Of a DNA stretch of 64,000 nucleotides, positions 25,501 through 35,800 are shown piece after piece. Under the pieces are notes generated by a model. It was not told the origin of the DNA. It did not search any database and saw nothing but the letters and a program-made list of their open reading frames with translations. The stretch comes from Cenococcum geophilum. Its lineage: Eukaryota. The position numbers and the translations under genes were made by a program. Where the stretch lies: contig CP158636.1 of assembly GCA_050273025.1 (NCBI GenBank), positions 6,200,001 to 6,264,000 on the forward strand, read 5' to 3'. The number at the start of each line of letters is the position of its first letter. The stretch's first letter is position 1.

Positions 25501-28462
25501 TAAAGAAGCTTAATATAAGATACCTAGGTCCCTTTTAAGTTAAGGAATGAATTAGTAAGCTAGCCTATCGTCTCTAGCTACCCCTATCTATGGCCTATGT
25601 ATATTTAGTGTTTTATATAAACCTACTAGAGCTATAGTATAGACCACCGCTAGAAAAGAACTTTTGTCTAAGTCTAATTAAACACCCTAAAGTAGTGGGC
25701 GAGTGGTACGAGGTTAAAGCTATACTATGCTATAAGTCTGTTAAGAATAAGCTTTAATTTAAAGTTAAATGGCTAGGCTGGCCCGCTAAGGACTCTATAT
25801 AGGAACCAGAGGATTACCTTAATTATTGCGAAGATATTCTAAAAGAATATTGGGACTAAGGTCTATAATCTGTAAGTTATAGAAAGCGCTCTAATAATAT
25901 GGTGTTATTGCGACCTATAAAGAAAGCTTATAAAAAGAGTAAATAGGTTAAATTGGATATAGAACGGATAGGCTCCGGAAACTATAGGGATAGGGCTACG
26001 GCCTAAGGCAGGACGGGTCCTTAGCCTTTTTATATATATAGCATAGAGTTAATAGGGCATTTTGCTAGAATTGCATTCCTATTCATTAATCTATACTAGG
26101 AATATTATTCCTAGGGCTTCTAAGCCCTTTCTAAAAGCCTTATAAGGCCTTCCTAAGTACCTAATTAAGGTCCTTAATTGCTACTATATATAAGAATAAA
26201 TCCTAAAAGTCTAAACCACAAATGCCTAATTTGAAAAGCCACTACGCCTTATTATTAGGAGTAGGATTAGTATCTATTAGGCCACTAAGTGATGGCTAAT
26301 AAGAATGGGATCTAGATGCCTTAGTAGGCGTACGAGTAGGCATGAAAATAGGGGTAGGATAATGAGGTGTAGCTAGAGCAGAGACTCTTAAACGCTTAAT
26401 ACTAATATTAGGTCTAAACTAATACTAATAAAGCTCTTGCGGCGTAAGCTTATAGTTAATAAAGATACGCTTAAGCCTAGAATAAACAGAGACATTAGCT
26501 GGCTAGTATAGTCTAGAACCACCGAGACCTTACTACAGTAACTGTTAGTTACCTATCTAGTAGGTATCCGAAGGGTAACCTACCTAATAACGTATTATAT
26601 TATGCTCTTTTAAAACTTAACGCGTATACGCGAACTCCTTCCTATAGTAGACAGCAACCTTCTTCTTATCACCCCCATCCCTTACCCTATCCTTAGTATA
26701 CTAACCTTACTTTTGCATTAAGCGTTGCTGGCTAGCTTGCTGGGAATTATAGGTAGTGTAAATAGCTGTGGTATAGTCTTAAATTCGGCTAAGTTGTTTA
26801 GCATTTATGCTAGAATAAGAGAGAGCCTGGGCGATGTAGTAGTTAAGGACATTAAAGGAACGTTGCCACTTAGGCCCAGGCTATTAAAGCTTAAAGTTAG
26901 TAATAGAAATCTATTAAGAATAGAAAAGCTTACCTTAACGTAACTGCCGCTCTTAGTACGTATGCATTAATTATAAGGACTAAAGGTATTAGATCTGACG
27001 TAGTGCGTCTTATTATAAGCCTTTAGAATCCTATTATTAGATTTCTAGTCTTTTAAAGACGTATAGGCAAAATTATTTAGGTAGGACTAGCACTAGTTGC
27101 GAGTTAGTAGAGGTTAGGGTTCTATGTGCAAAGGTAGGGCTAGGATATACTGTGGAATCTACTTAGAAAAGTAGTTAGTAGGAGAATAAAGAGGTATATT
27201 GAATTATTAATGGAAAAGAAGAAAATCTTAATAATATATTAAAGATACGTCCAAAATTGGACGAAGGTTAATAATGGGAAAGTGAGGTATTAAGGAAAAG
27301 GAGCTGCTTAATAAGCAAAGGTGTCCTTATACTTTACCGTCTAATACCCTTCTGGTAAATAGCCGCAACCTTACCAATATAACTTCGTTATAATAGCGCT
27401 ATTTAGAAGAAAGGAAACACGCGTATAAGTTATTTGACTATTACTTCCTTATAAAAACTGACTACGCGGCCGGGGGAAGGCAATTAAGACGTTAAATTAA
27501 AGATATATATGGGTTAAATTAGACCTAAAACGATACTATAGTATTAAAGAATAATGTTATAGACGTTCTTGATAATCGTATAATAGCTATAATTGCTATT
27601 ACGAAATGTCCCTATTTGCTAGGTAGTAGAGCTACGCCAAATATATAGTATAGGACCACTAGATTTAAAACCATATGCACTAAATCTTAAGAGATAAGTC
27701 TCTTTAACTAACTAATTAATACCTTAACCGCATCTAATAGCCTAAGGGCAAATATGGGAGCAATGCGTTAGTGACATAGAGGATTATAAGAAAAGGATTA
27801 TAAGAAAGAATTATAGACTATATCTTAGTAGTTAAAGACGACGGTAAGCTAAGGCTCTGTACGTTAAATCCCATACTAAAAGGTTCTATAGAACTATATT
27901 GGAACATTAAATTACTTATAATACTCGTAATTAATTATAGACTGGTATAAAGGCTTAGAAGTAGAGTTGCATAAAAATCCCTATATTAGCCTAGGTAGTT
28001 ACTAGTATACTTCTAGTAGACTTCTAATAGGTCTTCTAGTAATCCTTACGTCTTTTCTTTAGTTACGTTTTTCCCTTATTAAGGTTTTTTAGGAGTTTAA
28101 AGCAGGGGTTAGATAGATAGATAATATACAGCGGCATGCCAATACCTCTCCGATATCTCTCCGAACCTCTTCCGGGACGAGCCCTTATAATCTCCCTACC
28201 GTAAGGTAATAGCGATCGGGGGCCGACCGTAAGAAGGGGGGGGGCAATGTAAGGGATATTATTGCGGATACCTCGGGTTGCCCTTAGGATAACCCCCGGA
28301 CGCCCCTTAGATGGTCGCCGGTCACATGCCGGAGGCACGTGCCCGTAGTATATAGTCTCCATAATTCTAGAGGCCTTACCTCCTTAAGGATTCATCTCTT
28401 TTACCAATCTATCTTGTTCTAATCGTGTCCTTATAGCCCCCTGTCTACAAGATCCCCTTATA
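19543..28462 (+). mobile_element. Full-length Ty3/Gypsy chromovirus, family A copy A2 (8.9 kb), RIP-degenerate
   Basis: 215-bp LTRs 19543-19757 and 28248-28462; 5-bp TSD atagg; PPT aagaaggggggggg at 28231-28244; order gag-PR-RT (YLD(N)ILIY ~23005)-RNase H-integrase-chromodomain (WYEV.AIL...KVKWLGWPA.DS..EPE ~25705-25820). Confidence 0.97.
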
Positions 28463-29506
28463 ATAGGTGCTTAAAGCTCTACCTAAGCAATAACTTATAA
28501 TTAAAGGCCTTTTAAGGGAGAGTATTAGCAAGGTTAATATTAGTAGCGACCTTTAGACGGGAGGAAATAAGCGTAATTACGTTAGCGTTATTGCTTACTA
28601 GATTAGTAAGTTTAACTTCTATATTAATAAGTTATCGCTTACCTAAATTAACTACTAAAGATAACCTTTCTACCGCCCTTATTGGCCTCCCTTAATTAAT
28701 CGGCTCCTATACTAGCTTTAACGTCGCGCGATTAATTATAGACGTAATTATAAAATATTATATAGAGGAAAATATTAGCGCCTTTATAATAGATAACGCT
28801 AAAGATAATAATAAGCTTATAGAAATAATTGTAATAATTTTTCTAACTATTAATCTAAAATAGGCTTGACTTTGGTGCGCTGGATATATTATTAACCTTA
28901 TTATTTAAGCCGCGCTCTTTGGCAAAGGTGTAAGCAAGCTTTAAAAGTAAATTACTAGTATAGGTGCCGATAATATCTTCTAAATCTAAAGTAGGATAGG
29001 GCTAATTAGTAGAGTAAAGATAATTATTGTCACAGTACGTGCGGACTGTCAAGGTACGATGTACGAGGTGACTGTATATGATTGACAAACGATGTCGTGT
29101 GAGGATCTATGTAGGAGGTGAGGTGGTATATATACACGTCGCTTAGGGGTCAGGTCCGTGCTCGTGTTATGACAACACTGAATTATAACAACGTGTTAGG
29201 TTAGTGCCGTGACAGTACATCCCTCCTAATAAGGCGAGCTCCTGTGAGCTAAGTAACGGCAGTAAAAACACGGAAGTAAAAAAAATAGACCACATATCCT
29301 TATCCTTCCAGTCCTTAAAGGTTCTCGTCCTTCTAGTCCTTAAAGGTCCTCGTCCTTACAGTCCTCGGACCCTTCTACCTATATCCCTACTACATCGCTC
29401 TCCGCTAGTGCTTGTCTTGAGCACTAAATAAAGCCGAAGGCGAAGGGGTAAAACAGAGGAGACGAAAAAAATTGTAACCGCGGGGCGTAATTTTGCGGAT
29501 ATTGAC

Positions 29507-29679
29507 ACTCGAAAGGCTCGGTTACGGAGATCGAGGTTAAGGCGTAGACTTGAAAGGCTCGGGGGTTATGGAGATTGAGGTTAAGGCGTAGACTTGAAAG
29601 GCTTAGGGGTTACGGAGATCGAGGTTATTGCGTAGACTCGAAAGGCTCGGGGTGCGGAGATTGAGGTTAAAACGTAGAT
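29507..29679. repeat. ~43-45-bp tandem repeat x4 inside the TRIM
   Basis: Unit gactcgaaaggctcggggttacggagatcgaggttaaggcgta repeated four times. Confidence 0.9.
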
Positions 29680-29789
29680 TCTTGTCGCGGTAAACTTGAA
29701 GTACTATCTGTGCGAATTTGAAGACGGAGATGGAGACGGGGACGAGATCGTAACCCATAGTCTTACACTGTAATTAAGACACAAGGAAT

Positions 29790-29988
29790 ATAGCCCGTAG
29801 GGTGTCTCCCTGCAGCCGGCTTAGAAACTTGGATGTGAAGTAGTAGCATGGCTAGATACGGAGACTCGGAGACTGAGATAGAGAAACCATAGCCCGCAGG
29901 GTGTCTCCCTGCTGCCAGCCTAGGAAACTCAGACTGAGAAGAGAAACTATAGCCCGCAGGGTGTCTCCCTGCTGCCAGCTTAGAAACT
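29790..29988. repeat. ~40-bp hairpin-containing repeat x3 with variable spacers inside the TRIM
   Basis: atagcccgcagggtgtctccctgctgccagcttagaaact at ~29790, 29889 and 29949; internal stem gcaggg/ccctgc. Confidence 0.9.
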
Positions 29989-31983
29989 CGGGTGGACGGA
30001 GAGGAGATCGGCTCGGGTACTCGAATAGATTTGACAGAGATTTTACTAGGTCGCATTGACGTGGAATGAGGGTAAGAATTCCGCCCGGGGTAGGGTCGTA
30101 GCTTTGGAATGTAGCTTTGGAACGGTGGAAACAAAGCCCTACCGGGGGCGTATAAGATGACACGACATACTGTCACAGTACGTGCGGACTGTCAAGGTAC
30201 GATGTACGAGGTGACTGTATATGATTGACAAACGATGTCGTGTGAGGATCTATGTAGGAGGTGAGGTGGTATATATACACGTCGCTCAGGGGTCAGGTCC
30301 GTGCTCGTGTCATGACAACACTGAATCATAACAACGTGTCAGGTCAGTGCCGTGACAATTATAGTATATATTGGACGAACTAATTAGCGGTAAATGGCCT
30401 TTTAGAATTACTAGACTAACTATAAGGAAGGCAATAAGAAAGTCTTCTATCTAGAACTCTTAAAAGATAGTAGAGTACGCTAGAACGCTATATATATAAT
30501 AATTAAGAGAGGTACGTTCTAATGCAATTGCTTCCTTTTAGGTGGGGCTCTATATAGAGTTCGGTCGTTGCTAAATATTCTACTTAACTTCTACCATTCT
30601 CTACTACCTTATTATATCGTTAAACTGCCTTTAACGCGCGTAAATATAGCCTATAGCTTACCCCTCTGCCGGTAGATTTAATGGAATTTAATGGCGATAA
30701 CGCTCTACCTCTTATTATTAAATTGCTTAAAAATAGACTTTTACTAACTTTGTACGTCTAATAGTGCTTAAACTTCAGAATCCTATTAAACTCTACTAAA
30801 CCCGCTGGGTTAAGCCTGCCGATAAAGATGCGTATAATCTCTCGCAGGACTTCCTTATAAATGAGGACTTTAAAATACTAAAGAAGTTTAAACGACTTCT
30901 TAAGCCTTTTAAAACTCTTACTAATAAACTATAAGGCAACACAAACACTAGAGGCTTTAAGGGCTCTTATAGTGCTGTTTGGGGGGTTCTTTAAAGCATA
31001 AACTATATATTTAAGGTCCTACAGCGAGCTGATAATAAGATTAAGGCGTTACTGGCGGAGTACTTAGAGTACTATAAAGCAGGAGTTTATTACGCGTATA
31101 TAAAGCTTATTAAATATTTTAGCCTTACTAACTAAACACCTATTTACTAAGTAGCAATTGTCCTCTACCTGGCCTATAAGTTTAACTACTTTAAATAGGA
31201 GTGGGCTAGTAAGGCTGTATGGTAATTATAATGTAAGAAAGACGTTACCGCGTTGTATAAGCAGTATAAGGAGAAGTATACGCGGTTAGAGGATAAGGAG
31301 GATAATAAACTGGTTACTCCTTAGCGGCTTATATATAAGAAGCGTTGTAATTTAGATTTGTCGTTATTAGGCGAAGAAGGCTTTAACTTTTATGGTATGC
31401 TTATAAGTGAATATAGAGCTCGCAAGCGTTAAAGGCTTAAATCCGAACTTAAGCGCTTTATTAAAGATACCCCTACTAAAGCTAAATAATATATTGTTAA
31501 CCCACTAGCTTATTAGTAAGGTATTAAGCACGTCTATCCAATCCTTTATCGAATGGTAATGGACCTCTTTTCTATACCGGCGATGAGCTCTAAGTGCGAG
31601 CGTGAGTTTAGCTCTACTAACGACGTAATTACTAATAACCGGAACCGCCTAGCTAACGAGACAATTAAGGCGCTAGAGCTTTAGAAGAGCTGGTTGAATA
31701 AAGGGCATATAGAAAAGAATAAGGGTGAATAAGGAGTATAGGGAGGACTTATTTTTGGAGTGTACATTTACTATATAAGGCGAAGCTCTGCCAAAAAATC
31801 TAGTACCTAGATTCTCTATCACGGACTACCCAATTGGGTAATTCTTTGTAATTAATCGCAATCATTTCAATTAAGTAGCTAATTCTCATTAGTCGATCAA
31901 TCGCAACCAGGATTTTGGCCAATCAATCGCAACCGGGGGTCCCTGCCTGCGATTGATTGCCTGTCGAACACACTGGCTGAATA

Positions 31984-32480
31984 GGTTAGAATGGAGATAA
32001 GGAACAGAAGAAGTTACGTACACGATTTCGTCTTTTCAACTTCGGCAGATAGCCTTCGTAAGTAAGTTGCGTTGTTGCTGCTCTTGCTTTGCAAGGGCTA
32101 TCTAGTCCAAAGTTTTGGAAACGGACACCTGGGGCGGATGAGCACATGGGAGCCTTGTGTTGCGAATGATCCGGCCAGATTCCAGAAAGTGATTCCAGAA
32201 AGTGGTTCTTGGGTAGCGAGACAGCATGGGAGCGATTATTCCCATCCGATGCAAAGAGATCGTTTACTGGGGGAATGTTTCAAATGGTGATATCGGAGTT
32301 TCTTTCCCGCATCTTGGAGAATGCGCCTTGACTGGATCCAGAATTGTTCACGCAGCAGGTGTTTCGACGATCCTCATTTTCTCGAAAAACCGCTCTAATA
32401 ATATGGCTGGCAAGTGTCGACTGAGATGATTAGATTTTCGGAGCAGAACCTGGTCGAGATGCCATTCACATGACGAATAA
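31984..32480 (-). pseudogene. 5' fragment of the kinase-vWA pseudogene (kinase C-lobe end, linker and an intron)
   Basis: Frameshifted relics EWHLDQVLLRKSNHLSR..ILLE, EQFWIQSRRILQDAGKKL and YLPKLKRRNR, followed by an intron GTACGT...CTAAC.TATTCAG that ends in the hAT TSD. Confidence 0.5.
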
Positions 32481-32847
32481 TAAGCTTTCAAGCCACACCC
32501 CATCGCGCCAAGGCTTAGCATCGGCAACAGCTGTGGTTCCTGAACTGACGTGTTCTAATTTATCAGTTGTAAGCTTCCAGCTTTCAGCTCGGGGTACAGC
32601 TGGTCGTGGTCTCGGAAAAGTTGAACGTCACCGATAAAGGTCAGCTGTACCCCGCACATTCTCGAATGCCTTGTCCTAGTCACTTGGACAGTTGTCTTAT
32701 GGGGGCCAAAACGCCCCTCAATATCCCCCTCTTCCTCGAAAAGCCCGAACACTTTCAAGTTTTAGTTCTGATGCCGTTAGTGTTAGTCTTTTCTATTCGC
32801 ACGCTCGCAACCCACACAGCTGTTCGCACGCGAGCCTTTTGTAAATA

Positions 32848-35800
32848 ATGACTGCTCCAGCTACACACGAAAAAAACTTTAATTTTGAACAGTTAAATTG
32901 GGACAAAGCAAGGAAAATCTTCAAAGATGGCCGAAAGGGCAAGACTGACGAGAAGAAATTGGATGAGTTTCTTAAGGAAAGAGCCAGCCTTCAGGATGCC
33001 AAAGAAGCATGCAAAGCCACGCAGAAGGCTGCTGGCGAAGAATATGCGCCAGCATTAGGTGGTATTCTCGAAAAGATTGACATCGCCATGTCAGTAGGTG
33101 ACTTGGCCATTAAGAGTGCTCCTGAGAGTGTTGGACTAGTGTGGATGGGAATTAGACTGTGTCTTCACTCTGTTGCTGACGATTTTAGTACCTTCAACAT
33201 ATTCGGAGCTGCATGTTCTGATATTATTGGAATTCTTATTTCTTGTGCAGTTTATGGACGGATGTATGGGGTTCCTCGGGGTCCTGAGAGTTTTCAAGAA
33301 ATCCATGGCCAAGTCTGCGATCGGATACCCAAGATCTACGCCGAAATTCTGGATTTTTCCTTCTCAGTGAAGAAACATATGGGCAGGAACAAGGTCATTC
33401 GGATCGGAAAGGGGATGATTACTCAGTCATCAGCGAACTTCTCTAGCAAAATCAAATCTATTCGCGAGCACGAAACTGTCATGAGCGAGTTTGCTCGTAA
33501 AGCGCACGAACAACTTTCGGGCTACTATCTCAAATCAGGTCAGGAACATCAAGCTTCAATTATAGGATCCCTTTCCGATATGAAAAACAAAATGGAGCTT
33601 TCTCTAAAAGTCAACCAAGATTGCTTGGCTCAGATCCATTTCCTAATTGAAGAGCGAAAGTCAATGAAGAAAATGAGTCCGCTTAAGATTGCAAAGAAAA
33701 ACTTCGAAGAGAATATCAAGCAACTTAATGCTTCCAGCGATCAAAAGGAAGCGTTTGCTACCAAGATTGCAAAACGGTCTCCCCCCCAGACCTGCACCTG
33801 GATCTTCAAACAAAAAGAGTACGAAAACTGGTTGGCATCTAAGGAGAGCCGACTTCTATGGATTTCAGGTGGTGGTGGTATGTATCGCACGCCTTACTCG
33901 GTCTCGTTATATTGATGTGTATACCAGGCTTCGGCAAGTCAATCTTGATGTCTGCCATTATTGAAGAACTCCAGAAACAATCCACCGACAATGGATCTAC
34001 CGTCAATTACTTCTTCTGCAATGCCGGAGACGAAGCCACTAAGATGACCATACGTATATTAAAGCACCTGCTTTTCCAACTGTACCAGCTTGTGGAAAGC
34101 CAACCCCTTGAGATGGTCGAAAAGGCAAACAAGATTATGTCCGGTTTTCTTGGGGGAAAAGCCGGGGCTAGTAAGTCCCAGACCAGCTCTGCTGGGAAAG
34201 ATCATGAAGGCAAAAAAGGCGAGGTTGGCTTCGGTGAAGCATATTGTGGACTAGCGGAACTCTTTGGAAAGCCTGTGTTCGTTGTCATTGATGCTCTTGA
34301 CGAGTGTTCTGACAGGCAGTCAGAGGGTTTGGTGAGGTCAATACGGGATATGATCAATGAGCCCGAGCTAGGGATTAAGGCCCTAGTTTGTAGCCGTCCA
34401 GACCTCGCAAGTGAATTGGATGGCGTTCCGACAGTTAAAGTTGAGGATAACAATGGCCCTGACATCAGACTGAATGCGGAAACAGAACTGAAAAAGTTGC
34501 CAGGCTGGACTTCCAGGGAGCGAGAAATAGCCAGCAAGAAGATTGTAGAGAAAGCTGGCAGCTTCTTTCGATATGTCGAGTTAGCCGTCGAGTTTTTGAA
34601 ACAACCGTGGCAGCGCCCAATAGAGAAGTATCTCGAGCAACTTCCTGAAGGACTGCAAGCGTTCTATGAGCAAATCATACGGAACACTGATCCTCTCTAT
34701 ATGGGATTACTGAACACCTGCCTCACATGGACGATCCTTGCGAACGGTCAGATTAAGGTGGCTGAAATTGTAGATGCTTACAGTCGTACTTATACTGAAG
34801 GCGACGACTATACCATTGAAGATTGCACTCCTCAATCTTTTGATGCAGGAGAAGATCTCCATGTCAAACAGATCCGAATTGCCGGCTCAGCCTTACTTGA
34901 AGTGGATGCTAAGTCAAGAGTCATCAAACTTCGACACAACACAGTGGCACATTACTTCCTAACAGCGAAGTTGAAGACTAAGCCATCAGCGGCGGAGTAC
35001 GCATGCGAATGCGAGAATTGCAATGTTAAACGACAAACTAGTAACGTCTTCGAATTATCGGAAAAGCAGGGCCATCTGGCCATTTCAACGACTATCTGTG
35101 AGTGTTCAGTCCGCGAAAATAACGCAGAGTTTCGATCATTAATGCTTCAGCTAGTACGACATCTCACTAGCGAGCCGTTCCGCAAGAAGTATTTGGTGCC
35201 ATTCGAGAAGACAGAAGTACTAGGAACTTATACTGGAGATGACACAGAGTCCGACGTTGAGCCTGAGAATCCAGAGAACCCAGATATCAAAGATTCCGAT
35301 CCTCAATCGAATACGACGTCCTCGGTAGAACAGCCTGCAATCGAGGAAGCAAACACTTCAAATGGCGCAGGAGTCAGTTCTGGGGATGGCGATGCCCAAA
35401 CAGCCATGGCCGTTGAATCTTCCACTGATCCTTCAGATGTTGTCGTGTCGGGCATTAGTGAACTTGAACTCCAAGTCAATGGCATAGAACCACCCTTATT
35501 GCCGGAGCAGAAGGCAGAAGACGCTACTACTGAAGAGACTGACAACAAAGCTTCAGTAGAAGACGACGCAGCTTCTAAAGATGGGTCAGACGATGACAGT
35601 GATGCAGGAGTCGAAGATCGGGAAGACCGATATTCTTGGGAGGAGCCAGCTGACCCATCTGTTAAGTTTAGGTATGAGGTTAATCATTGTCACTATCACC
35701 TCAGAAAGGTGGAGGAGCTGTGGGAACCCGAAGACCGCCAGGGCCCTGACTGGGCTGAGTTCGAACAGTTGCGCGATTCCTTCTTCCAAGACGACTCATT

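Larger units (their letters stand above)
29028..30357 (-). mobile_element. TRIM-like non-autonomous LTR element (1330 bp) nested in the hAT transposase
   Basis: 187-bp TGTCAC..GTGACA LTRs at 29028-29214 and 30171-30357 (5 mismatches); 5-bp TSD attat; minus-strand purine tract AGGAGGGA adjacent to the left LTR; no gag/pol motif in the 956-bp interior. Confidence 0.93.
18431..31975 (+). mobile_element. hAT (Restless-like) DNA transposon, RIP-degenerate, with two nested LTR elements
   Basis: Perfect 19-bp TIRs CAGTGTGTTCGACAGGCAA (18431-18449 / 31957-31975); 8-bp TSD cctgaata/gctgaata (7/8); subterminal gcgattgatt/aatcaatcgc repeats at both ends; BED-finger relic ~19160-19260; dimerisation motif YPILYRMVMDLFSIPAMSS(*)CEREFS at ~31535-31610. 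Confidence 0.95.

Noticed and set aside
29790..29988. CRISPR-like appearance: three palindromic 40-bp repeats with spacers
   Set aside because: Eukaryotic context inside an LTR element, unequal spacers (~60 and ~20 bp) that resemble each other, and no cas genes.
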